Source: Gnetum montanum (lineage: Eukaryota > Plantae > Gnetophyta). Taken from it: 64,000 bases of DNA. The stretch covers positions 477,751-541,750 of the forward strand of contig MNCI01003159.1 in NCBI GenBank assembly GCA_015680685.1, given 5' to 3'. Each line of letters starts with the position of its first letter. Position 1 is the first letter of the stretch. Shown here piece by piece: positions 10,934 to 22,880 of the stretch. Both the position numbers and the translations under genes were made by a program. The notes under the pieces were generated by a model. The model made no database searches. It was given only the letters and a program-made list of their open reading frames with translations, and was not told the origin of the DNA.

Positions 10934-13399
10934 CTATAATCACACAAAGATCAATTGTTAGTAAGGTTCTTGAAAGAAGTTCAATTATTTCATACCTTAC
11001 TTATTACCTTTAGTAATTGTTGAATTCTTTGCTTAGTGTGATTTTAGAGTTAGAAATTTTTTCAAGGAAGTTGCCCTAAAAGTTGAATGTTAGACCTGGT
11101 TTCTTTAGGTGACACATCAAAGGCCACGTAATGGTTTTGAGGAATGTTTGATAAAATGATAACAAAGGAAAGAATAGATTTGGAAATGAAGTGCTTAGAG
11201 GGTATAAAATGATGTGGTGGTGTGCAACAAGTACAAATTACAAAAGTCACACAAGTGGGTCCTCCCCAAAGCAAGTTCCAACCTATAATGCCCTTGCGTA
11301 ACCACACCTAAAAATGTCCGTAGGCACTAGAAGGATTAAATGTAATCTATACCTATGCAACAAAACACACACATGTTAGATACCACCATAATGAGGTATG
11401 AATTCTATGCCACACAAGACAAAAGTCAAAAATTCTTGAACAACAAGATGGGATTAATCATAGAAGGGATTGTAGAGATTGGGACAGGAGGTAACTGTCC
11501 CAGGGCACAATGAATCTTGAGTGTAGGGCATGATTAATGTGTCATTAGCCTGTCGCTCCAAAATCAAGACCAAGTCCATCCTCCAATTAGTGACATAGCA
11601 TTGCTTCATTCAGTGATGGACAACCATAAGAGCATCATGATAGTAAGGCATACGATCACTTGGCATTTTGTTCAAGGGAGGAGTGATTTGGAATTTCTTT
11701 GTGGCACATTTATTTTTGTCTAGCTACTTTGGCACACTTTCTCTTCTCTTTTTTTTTATGCGTAATCTAGAGAAGCCACCTACCTTTAGGCATGGGTGCA
11801 TGTCTCTCCAGTGGAACCCCCCTAGAATAGCATTGGGTTTCTTTATTGGGTGCCTTTAATACTCTTACTCCCATTTTTCGTTAGATCTACAAGGATCTTA
11901 ATACACCCAGGCTACATGATAACTCCTACAGATGTCACCAAAGAGAATTCACAAGTTCCCTTGATGTTACACCCTGGCCATTCCCTCTTGGTCCATCCTT
12001 CTTCACTCTAGGTATAATGAGCACAAAATTGCTTTAAGTTTTAATGATGTCAAGAATATCATCGTACCCAAAGTAGAACCTCCTATTAATAGAATGGTTG
12101 GGTGGATGTGATGGGCTCACTGTCCAAATAATTAGTTACTCGAGACTTGATAGCAAAGAACAACACCTCAACCAATGAGTCACATGAGTGGTTTATTCAT
12201 AGATGAGATTACTCATAAAAAGATAAAAAGATAAAACAATAAATTAAAAGATGAAAAACTGGAAAAAAAAATTGTAAAATTGAAGAAAATGAAAAAAATT
12301 TATTAATTTTGTTTATTAGAATGGGGGATATCCCCCATAACTAAACTTTTAATCATAGTGAGAATAAATAAATGGAAGGGTTGGATCCATGCATTTCGAA
12401 AATATTGGAACCTGGTCATATCCAAACCACTGGATGTCTTTTGATGTTGTGGTTGGAATGTACCCAAATTAGGGTACACACACTATATTAAAGTTGACAT
12501 AGTGGGGCAAGTTAGAAGATGGATTTAATTGATATGGAGTTGACCCACTATGGCACCCTTGACCATAAGATGGTATGCAAGGATCGATATGTCTCCCTAC
12601 ATGGCTATATTCATTGGGCCGCATAGTTGTTGGAGTTTTGATTGGTGGCCTTGATAAGGTAACACGAGGTATTGGATTCGAGGAGAAGGATGCACCACAG
12701 TGTTGAACTTGTGCTGAGTGGGAGGATGCAGTGGTCTCAAAACTATGTGGTCCCTTCCTATGATCATGTCTACAGAAAGGATGCTTCTGGTGTTGTGGAG
12801 GACCTCCACTATTATTGAAAGTAGCAGCGTATGTGACGTTCGTGGGTTGGTGCTGTGGTGCAAAACATTCTGGAATAATTGGTGGCAATGTAGAAGGAGG
12901 TGAAGGATGAGAATATTGAGGGTGAGGAGAAGTGTAAGGCACATGAGGTGGTGATCTTGTTGGAAAGGATGTGGGTTGATAGTACTTAGGAGAATAATAA
13001 TAATGTGGTGAGATAGAAGATGTTGACCCAGTTGGGGAAACAGGATGTTGAACCTGATAAGTGCTTAGGTTTGAATGATATGAAGGGTGTGATTAATTTG
13101 GAGGTGGCCTCCCCCATGACTAGGATTTTTTCCACTATGATTGAACACAGTATTTTTGTACGAACTCTAGATGTAACATTCTTTCCCAATGCTCATGCAA
13201 ATGTGACAAGATTGAGAATTGACCGTTAGGATGATCGTACAAGAAAATGTTACATTAATACGTATGATTAGCAGTTGAGTTCTTATTCTCTTCAACCCTT
13301 CTTTCTGATTGTCTAAGGATGTTCTATCCTGCTTCTTGGTTCGTCATGGTTCTACCTCTAATAGTGTTGGTATATTCTCCACATTTTTCATGCATACAT

Positions 13400-14352
13400 T
13401 CCATCATCTTATTGATCTTTGCCTCAATTTCATCTAGTGATTGTAGTATTGGCAAAGATGATACCACCTCCTTGAGGTGAGTTGATTTCTCCTTTTTATG
13501 ATCATGGACCTTTGCTAATTCAAGATTTTTGTCCTATTGAGAGCTTTCAACATTCTCCCATTTAGCCATTTCTCCTTCTTCTTTTGCTACCCACTTAATA
13601 AGCTCTTGGAATTGATGGGTTCGTAGCTCGTATAGTTGACCTTGGGCATACATCCCTAGGGTTTCCCTTATCTTGTTACGAAGCCCATCCATGATGTGGT
13701 ATATTAGCCTGTCCATGGAGAATCCATGGCCTATGCAGTTGTTTAACAATGCATAATATCTTTCTAAGGCCATGTCCAAGGGTTCATGTTGCACTTGTTT
13801 TCACTCTTGGATTTGTTTCCTCAAGGTTGACACTCTTGCATAGGTTTGATATCTTTCATTGAAGAGTTCTACCATTGTTGGCCAACGTCAAATTGATTTC
13901 GATCTTAAGGACCTGTACCATACTTTTGCTTGGCCAATGAGTGTCGTAGGAAAGAGCTTAAGCTTTTTCCACCCATTATTAATATTTTTCCATACACAGG
14001 CATCATGGAAGGCTTGTAAATGATGTTGCGGATCTAAATCATAGCCTCCTGGAAATTTGGGAAAGTTATTTAAATCAAGCTTAGGTAGATGGCATTTGTT
14101 ATGATGCCTGCGGGATATTCGAATAGCCTCTTGTATATGCATTAGGCTCTTAGTGGCCAGCAGGGGTTCATCGTCATTAGGTAGGTTATGAATTTGTGAG
14201 TTGGGCCGATGTTGTCTTCATTTATGTACATAGGAAACCCTTGCATCAGATTAAGTACTTCAAACTTTGTCTTCAACATCGTATAATTTTTTGGTTCTCC
14301 AATGAATTACCTTACTGGTTGTTGCAGTATCATAGTCTTGTAAGAGAGACAT
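13400..14352 (-). pseudogene. Athila-type gag (Retrotrans_gag), degenerate
   Basis: FPKFPGGYDLDPQHHLQAFHDAC...KLKLFPTTLIGQAKVWYRSL...EPLDMALERYYALLNNCIGHGFS. Confidence 0.85.
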
Positions 14353-15494
14353 AGTTGTGAATTTGTGTGTGACTTAATTAAAAGCAAGTTCTTTTCTAAG
14401 AGATATATTGTGAATACCTTGTTACAGTGATCTTGTATGCTATAACTAATCTAAATAACTAGCACCGTCCCTAGCAACGATGCCAATGATGAGTGGCAAG
14501 GTACCTCTACACTTAACCATATGAATACGAGCATTCACGCACGATTCGGTCGAACTACGTAGACGGGCCAGTTCTGGTATCTAGATAGTTACACATTGAT
14601 CGTAGTTTGCTGTCTTCCCACCTGGACTAGTATTTGCTTTTTCATGTATGGTTTAGTCCATGGTGAGATGTATTATGTGGTCCTAAGCTAGTGCTACTCC
14701 TAGAGGTAGTGGAAGATAACTTTGATTAACCTAAGAGGCAAAGGGAGAGGAGAATCTAAGCTAGCCTAAGTGCGATGAGCATCTGTCCTTAATCATCCAT
14801 ACACATCTTGGACCTCGTGTACTACTACTGGGATTACCAAGTGCATGTCCTAGGTACGCTATTGGGATACTAAGTAGTCACACTTAAATGCTCATGATTA
14901 AGTCGTACTCATTCCGCATTTACTAACAGGGGTAGGAGATGAGGGTAGAGAAATATTAATTACAAAAGCAATAACTAACAATTAAAATTAAGTGAATGTT
15001 GCAATGATGAAGTAATCCCAATCTTTATTGCTAGTCATATGTGTGTCTAAGTACGTCACACTTGAATAAAGGTTTTGTACAATTACAATCATCACACTAC
15101 AGGCATGCACTGGGGAAAGGGTTGAGAGGAAAAAAATTGACAAAAAGATCCTACTCTAATAGTAACTTCCTCTGACTTTCCCATGTGCCCAATTGTGTAT
15201 TTATAGGCTCACACAAAAACCATGATATCGTGTATCCGATATCACTAGCCAGGCCGCGATATCATGTACCTGGTATTAAGGGTCCAATATCAAGACTCAT
15301 TAGATATCAAGGGTCCAATAACAGGGGTCCGATAATAGGGGTCCGATATTAGCACCTGGTTAACAACTGTCCTATATCAGCACCTGGTTAAAAAGGGTCT
15401 GATGTCAGCACCTAACAAACCATGATTCATTAGTTGGAGTTTATTCTATATGAAAAATTCATATCTTAAAGAAATGAAACAAGTAGAAGATAAG

Positions 15495-15890
15495 AAATGA
15501 GAATTATATTTTGACAACTCTTGTAACTATAAAGGAGCTCGAGTTAGCATAGTTTTGGTTAATGAAAATTCTCAGAAAATTTTAGAGCCATCCATTTATC
15601 ATTCCCTTGTACTAATAATAGGATGGAATATACAGCCTTGTGTATAAGAATTAAGACAACTTTGAAGGTGGGTATAAAGAGAATAATCATCAAAGGTAAT
15701 TCCAAACTTATTTGTAACCAATTAATGGGAATTCTATAGTGAAAAGTTCATTTTTAAGGCCTTATAGAGAATTCATATGTACTAGCATGGAAAAGTTCAA
15801 AGAATGCAAGGTTATTCACATTTCAAGGAATGAAAATCAAATAGCTAATGAATTGGCCATGGTAGCATCTACTCTGGATCCTTCAAAAGT
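15495..15890 (+). pseudogene. Additional (archaeal-type) RNase H of Tat element 1, located upstream of RT
   Basis: LYFDNSC..GA...CTNNRMEYTAL...IIKGNSKLICNQ...HISRNENQIANELA, the typical aRH motif series. Confidence 0.85.
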
Positions 15891-16149
15891 TGTCAAACAT
15901 GCAAGAGTTATTATACAAGTTAAGTATTAGCCATTCATCCTTGATAACATAGAACATTTTCAAGTGTTTGAAGATGATCACCAAATACTTAAATTTTACA
16001 AAACTAGGGATGAATTTAAAGGCAAGCTTCTATTAGTAAATGAAGCCTAACTCAACTCAGGTCTAATTTCATTCCAAAGGAAATCGTCAATTATGAACAA
16101 GAGTTTCATGAAAAATTTATTAAAGGATCAAAATTCTAGAATACCAAAG

Positions 16150-18869
16150 ATTAGGCTTATGAAACAATAAATTTAGGATCAAAGAAAAATCCAAAAATAT
16201 TGAATATAACCAAGAGAAGTAACTTTGTTTTTAAAAAAGAGTTATAAGAACTTTGATAATTTTCCCTAGTCATACAATGATCTTAGAACCTTTAACCCTG
16301 ATATAATTACTCATAAATTCCTTTGATAAAAGGCTATAAAGTGGTATGACAAAAATAAAGGAAATTTAATCCAATGTTTGAACCTACTATGCAAGGTAAA
16401 ATAAAAAAAAAATATTATGGGCTAAGATTATATATCCCATTCGATATTCTGTTTGGGTAGCTAATCTTGTTCTTGTAAGAGAGAAAAATGGAAATATTAG
16501 ATTGTATGTTGATTTTAGAAATCTGAATGAGGAATTGGTGAAAGATAAGTATCCACTTCCAAGGATTGATGAAATGCTAATCAAACTTTCAGGATGCCAA
16601 GCCTATTTGTTTTTAGATGGATTTTCATGATATAATTAGATCATGGTTCATAAAGATAATAGATACAAAACGACCTTCACCACAAAGTGGGGAACTTTTA
16701 CATAGATATGAATGCCTTTTGATCTTTCCATTGCTAAAGCAACCTTTCAACAAGCAATGGATGCCACGTTCATAGGGCTTATTGGCAAATTTGTGGTTGC
16801 TTATCTTGATGACATTACTATCTATTCATGAAGGGAAGAAGATCATATAAGCCACCTTCAAGATATTTTTTATAGGTGCCAAAATTTTGGAATATCTTTA
16901 AACCCAAAGAAAATTATTTTTGGGGTAAAATCTGGGAGTCTTCTTGATCATGTAATATGTTAAAGAGGTATATCCATTGATAATTCAAGAAATGAAGAAA
17001 TTCATGATATTGAACATCCAACAAATAAGAAATCTCATAGGTCTTTCTTTGGAAAGATAACTTTTGTCAAAAAGTTCATATTGGGTTTCACAAAAATACC
17101 TAAGCCATTATTAACAATGCTCAAAAAGGATAGTAAGGTTAGAAGAACTCTAGAATCTGTTAAGGCCCTCAACGAAATCAAGGAAGCAATTAAAGAAGCA
17201 CCTTATCTTTCTAAGCCAAAAAAATAAGAAAATTTTTTGTTATATTCTTTCACTTATAATGATTGAATTGCCACTATCTTAACTCAAAAGAATCATAGAG
17301 AAGATGAACTGATTAAAGTTTTTTGGATATCAGCTTAAAGGTACTAAAAGAAATTATACAATTTGAAAAGCAGGCCTATGTAGTGATTAAGGCACTTATT
17401 CATTTAAGTACTACTTAGAATAAGCATTGGTACATATCATGATAGTAGAACCAGCTGTAAGACAGCTCTTAGCTCAAAATGAAATGGGCTTAAAAAGAGA
17501 AAATTGGATTGCAAAAATCCAACAATTCAAATTCTCACTTGAGTCCTATAAAACAGTGAAAGGAATGGGGTTAGCTAAGCTTATGGTCATAGATCCAAAA
17601 TCATCTATATTAAACTCCACTAAGAAAAACTAGCTTGACGATATTCTTAATTTCCTATTTTATAGGAAGTTGCTAGAAAATTCAAGCAAGCGTCAAAAAT
17701 GACTTTTATTAAGAAATCTAAGAAAATTTTTAGTAAAGATGGAATTTTATTCAAAAAGAACTTTAGGGAAGTACTTCTAGAATGTGTCAAAAATGAGATC
17801 AAACTTATATTAGACCAATTTCATAATCATTCTAGGTTATTCTACAACTCCCTAAAACCCACAATGCAGCATATTCTAAGATACGAATTATATTGCTCAT
17901 AGATGTATCAAGATATTAATAATAAAATACAAAAGTGTTTCAAATGCCAAGTTCATGGCCCTAAATTAAGGAAAGCAAATGCACCTTTAAAGCCAGTAGT
18001 TGTTGATAAAGCTTTATAACAATGGGAGTTGGACTTCATTGAGGCTTTTACACCTTCAAGAGCAAGACATTAGTTCATCCTCATCGCTACTAATTATTTT
18101 ACTAAATGGTTAGAAGAAAAAGCTTTAAGAAGAAGTTCCAGTTATGATGTAATTAATTTTCTAGAAATTATTATAGTTAATCAACTTGCAATTCCAGAAG
18201 TATTGGTTTAAAATAATGGATTGGCCTTCCAATCCAAAGAATTTATTAAATGGGCTTTCCTCTTCGAATTATTACCCACAAGAGAATGACCTTGCTATGT
18301 CCATCAATAAGAAACTTATTTCTTACATTAAAAAGTCAATGGAAGGAAGTTCAAGAAATTGGCATGCACATTTATTGTCGACTCTGTGGACTAATTGCAT
18401 AAGATACAAAAATTACATTTGTACTTCACCTTTTAATTTGGTTTATGGAATGGCCACTTAGATAACCAATAAGATTACAATTTCTACATCAGAATTTTTT
18501 TAGAAACATAGTGCCCAATCTAATAAAAATCAAAGTCTTATGACCTTGTTATTAGGGAAGAAGGCAAAGCTAGAAAAAGCCAGAGATAAGTTATTAACAC
18601 AAGCCTATCTAAATAAACTATGGTTTGTCAAATAGGCTGCCAAACGAGTATTTAGACAAGGTAACTTAGTGTTGTTATGGAATTTGAGAAATAAAGGAGA
18701 TCACAACAAATTTTTAGCAAAGTGGTTGGGCCCATTTATTATTAAACAACAAGTATCTAATGATACCTATAAAATCTCCACATTAGATGGAAAAAAACTC
18801 AAATTCCCATTTAATGACCTTCATCTCAAGCACTACTTTGGGCAACCACTTGAAGAGTATCACAATTAA
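16150..18869 (+). pseudogene. Tat element 1 RT, RNase H and integrase (degenerate)
   Basis: RT: WVANLVLVREKNGNIRLYVDFRNLN, FLDGFS*YN, MPF, AYLDDIT. RH follows. INT: CFKCQ, WELDFI, TNYFTKWLE, SPFNLVYG, KWLGPF. Confidence 0.9.
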
Positions 18870-19939
18870 GCAATAAACATGACCTATAAATACTATACAT
18901 AACTCTATCTAATGGCATATGATCTACGAATAAGTGAGAAATGATTAGTTATAGGAACCTTAAATTCTATAAAAATCCATATGTAACTTGAGAAAGTTCA
19001 AAAAAGTGTGTTCTAGTGGAATAGTCTTTCAATTAGAAGGAAATCATTATCTAAAAAGATAAAGAGTTTGAAGATGAGGCTCTTTATTCCTTTTCTAGTT
19101 GGCTATGGTGTGAAGCATGTGCATAGGGCATATCTTAATGTGATGGAACTTGGCACATCACCAAATGACCCTTACACTACCTAGTTAGCATAAGAATTCT
19201 TCTTTCTCTTTAAGGAAGAAAGTATTCCTAGTTCTGGATGGAAAAGATATGCGAACTGTCAAAGCACTCTATCAATGCAAGGCCAACCTTTGCATCAGAA
19301 TACATCTTTTTTAGATAATCAAGATTTCAACTTTGTGGATATTGAAGGAAATTCACCAAATAATTCTCATCAAATGCCTAGAACTTGTTCAAAACAATTT
19401 AAGGCCAAAGGAGGATATATTTCTCCACCATCCTTTGGAGCACCTAAGAAAGAATTAATGGAAAAAGAGGTACCTAATGGCAATTCATTAAAAGGACTAG
19501 AAGATCAAAATAAATTTTCTAAGGCTAAAACTCTAGGTCCTAAGGTCTACATAGAATTTTAGTTCAAAAATGACCCACCTAGGAAGATCTTAAAGAAGGC
19601 AATAATTATTATTTATTGCACATCAAAGATTTGCTAATTTTTCTCCTCTTTCCTCTTAGATTAACTACATCTGTATATATAGTTATAGCATTTATGTATG
19701 TTTACATTCAATGTTTGGAGATGTGGGTTTTTAAAGCTGCAGACCTTAAGTTTGAAGTGATTTTTCCCATGAAAAAGATTTAAGCTTTTAATAATCAATA
19801 CAGCCATCTATATATCATCATATCCATCTAGTGAGAAATGGTTTTCAATCTTTCTAGAATTATAGAATATACTAATTCAAACCAGGAATAGAAAGCTAAC
19901 TTGTTTGATGCAAACTATTTGTAAATACTTCAAGATTTC

Positions 19940-20139
19940 TGATGAGTGGTGAGGTACCCCTACAATCAACCATACGAATACGAGCATTCACACATGATCC
20001 AATCAAACTCTGTAGATGGGCTAGTTGTGGTACCTAGAAAGTTACATGTTGATTGCAGTTCGCTATCTTCCCACCTAGACTAGTATTTGCTTTGTCATAT
20101 ATGGTTTAGTCCAAAGTGAGGCGTCTGATGTGATCCTAA
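19940..20139 (-). mobile_element. Athila LTR end, truncated by an assembly gap
   Basis: Near-identical to 9427-9626 and runs into the N-run. Confidence 0.85.
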
Positions 20140-20429
20140 NNNNNNNNNNNNNNNNNNNNNNNNNNNNNNNNNNNNNNNNNNNNNNNNNNNNNNNNNNNNN
20201 NNNNNNNNNNNNNNNNNNNNNNNNNNNNNNNNNNNNNNNNNNNNNNNNNNNNNNNNNNNNNNNNNNNNNNNNNNNNNNNNNNNNNNNNNNNNNNNNNNNN
20301 NNNNNNNNNNNNNNNNNNNNNNNNNNNNNNNNNNNNNNNNNNNNNNNNNNNNNNNNNNNNNNNNNNNNNNNNNNNNNNNNNNNNNNNNNNNNNNNNNNNN
20401 NNNNNNNNNNNNNNNNNNNNNNNNNNNNN
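20140..20429. other. Assembly gap (further gaps: N at 20882, 26509-26572, N at 46087)
   Basis: Runs of N. Confidence 0.99.
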
Positions 20430-20576
20430 TTTTTGCACATTGTGGCTTAATTCAATTTTTTAGTAAGCAACCTTATTTCCTAACATTCAATTTCTTTTCC
20501 ATTCATGGCCAACATGTTTTCAACATTTTTTGCCTCCTTCTTGTTAATAATGTAAGAACATTTTCTAAAATGAAAT

Positions 20577-20881
20577 TGATGAGTCATGGTCTATCAGGTC
20601 CTGTTATTGGACCCTTGTTATCTGACCCCTGTTATCGGAACCCTGATACAAGATACCAAGTCTGACGGGTCCCGATATGGGACCCTTGATATCGAGCCTG
20701 CATTAACTAGGCCACGTCGATGGGGCCCTGTCGACGTGGCCGCATTTATGCAGCACTGTCGATGCATCTGTCCATGCATTGACGCGGGCCCATTTACACA
20801 GAGTCTGTCTCTGGTTATAAATAAGTGCTCACCCACTGCACTTAGGATCATCTTTCTAGTAGTTGTAGTGAAGCCTTTGCA
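20577..20881 (+). mobile_element. 5' part (U3/TATA) of an Athila LTR, cut at the N at 20882
   Basis: Starts TGATGAGTCATGG, like the reverse complement of the LTR ends at 10315 and 15432. TATAAATA at ~20816. Confidence 0.8.
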
Positions 20882-21329
20882 NAGACTAATTTATAATGAA
20901 AGTGTCAGCACAACTCTAATTCAAAAATGTTTTGAATTTCAATTTCAGTGGGATAAAAGGTTTAGGCAAGAATAATCTTAGGTCATGGAGAAAGAACCAC
21001 TTGGCTAAGATTAAATCAAAAGCTCAATGCTTAACAAGTGTATCAACAAAAGCTAAAGACCAAAATATTAAATATACTTTGCCTTTTTCACAAAGTAGAG
21101 AGGGCAAATCCTATTTTGATATGAAGCACCAAATTCAGTTATCCCATAGTTTAGATCATCTTGAAGAACTTTTGGGTTCGAATCTCAGTTTGAAACAATG
21201 AAGCTTATATGGTCAATGTATGGGATTAAATTTTTGTCTAATGATTATAAATTCTTAAGTGGTGGGGGTAATGTCATACATCAAAGTAATGGCTATAAGG
21301 TTTATGGAATCTAGAAATGGAAGTGAATA

Positions 21330-22410
21330 TATGGCTCTTTGAAAAAGTTAAAAAGAAGAAAACCTTATTTGACCTATTCCATAACTTGTCTTGAAATGGA
21401 GAAAACAACATTTTCCCACTTTGTAGTTAGAAAAAGAGACATTAGCTCCACTTCGGCCATAAAGGAATTCAAATTGGAGAAAACATCATTATCCCTACTT
21501 TGTATTTACAAAAAATTCATTTTCCTCACTTCGACCTTTTGACTATTCAAACAAAAGAAAAGCTCATTTGGCCTATTCCATAGCCTAGCCTAAACTAGAG
21601 AAAACACTCTTTTTCCCACTTCGTATTCAAAATATAGCCATTTTCCTTATTTTGAAACTTTGTCTAAGTCACACTGAAACAAATGTGTCTTGCCAATTCC
21701 TCGCTATAGTCCAAATTGGAGAAAACACCCTTTTCCCTACTTTGTATTTGAAAAAGAGTCATTTCCCCCACTTTTGCCTTTTGACTATTCAAACTAGAGA
21801 AAAGCTCATTTGGCCTATTCCATAAGTTGGCTTGAACTAGAGAAAACACCCTTTCCCCATTTCATATTTGGCAAAAATCCATTCTCCCCACTTTGGCCCT
21901 TTGAAAAGTCAAAATAGAGAAAAGAGTGCTCGCCCTATTTCATAACCCAGCTTGAAATGGCAAAAATACCATTTTTCCAACTTCATGGTCAGAAAAGGGG
22001 CATTTTCTCCACTTTATTCATCAAGGGATCTGAACTAGAGAAAACATCATTTTCCTCATTTCGTACTTGGAGAAAACATCATTTTCCCCACTTCGGCCCT
22101 TTGACAAGTCAAAATGAAGAAAACCACACTTAGCCAATTTCCTAATTCAGCTAAGGCCTATTTTCCTCATCTCATCTATCCAAAAGCTCTAACTAAGAAA
22201 AAACACCTTTTCCCTCACTTTGTATTTAGAAAAAATCCCATTTTTATCACTTCAGCCATAAAAAGTCCAAATTGAAGAATGTTGTTTTTCCCATTTCACA
22301 ACTTGAAGAAAAATCATTTTTCAAATTTCAGCCTTTAGAAAAGTCCAAACAGAGAAAAATTCACGAGGCCATTTTGTGAATTGGCCAAGGTTTGTTTTCT
22401 CCATTCCATT
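21330..22410 (+). repeat. Degenerate tandem array with ~33-43 bp subunits (AAACTAGAGAAAACA...TTTTCCCACTT)
   Basis: Recurring GAGAAAA and TTTTCCC(C)ACTT motifs; three subunit types recur in roughly 115-120 bp higher-order units. Confidence 0.8.
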
Positions 22411-22880
22411 GCTAAAACCTTCAAAAAATACCTTTCATATCAAATTTAGGGAAAATTTATCCCCAATTTAAGCCTGAATTCGACCTAACGTACTAATTAA
22501 GATTAAAGGAAGGACCATTATCCCCTTTAAAGGGGGCCTAATCAATTTTTCTCCAGTTCATGAAAAGGAAAAGAAACAGCCATTCGACAAAATTTTGTCA
22601 TGATTTTTTAAAATTAAATGACTAGATTAAAGATTTAAGGGGTCAAAGTACAATGATAGAAGGTTTTAAATAAGCAAATCTTGGAGCCAGTTGAAGTGGA
22701 TTGTGTCTTTAAAAATTTACGAGCCTCATCATATACTACCATTGCACTGACAACTTCTAAAAGAGCTTCTCTAAAATTGAGCTAGATGGGAACTATTTAA
22801 AATTCAAACAAAAGAAAGAATAAGTAGCCAACATCAGTCCTAAGAAAAGCTATGAATTGTATGGTGTGTCACTTCCCAGC

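Larger units (their letters stand above)
9427..15432 (-). mobile_element. Complete non-autonomous Athila-type LTR element (gag plus mini accessory ORF, no pol)
   Basis: LTRs 14487-15432 (5') and 9427-10315 (3'). Perfect TSD GTTGG at 9422-9426 and 15433-15437. PBS TTGGCATCGTTGCTAGGGAC resembles the tRNA-Asp complement TGGCGCCGTTGCCGGGGA. Athila-type CTCGAGGACAAG...GTGTGGGTA motif before the 3' LTR. Confidence 0.92.

Noticed and set aside
19939-19947. CTGATGAG, resembling a hammerhead ribozyme core (retrozyme idea)
   Set aside because: It is the LTR terminus TGATGA plus a flanking C; no GAAA partner or stems were found.
20075-20450. ORFs of 100-121 aa in the ORF track
   Set aside because: They consist almost entirely of N-gap codons.
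21330-22410. CRISPR-like array
   Set aside because: Degenerate repeats without unique spacers, inside a plant retrotransposon, with no cas genes.
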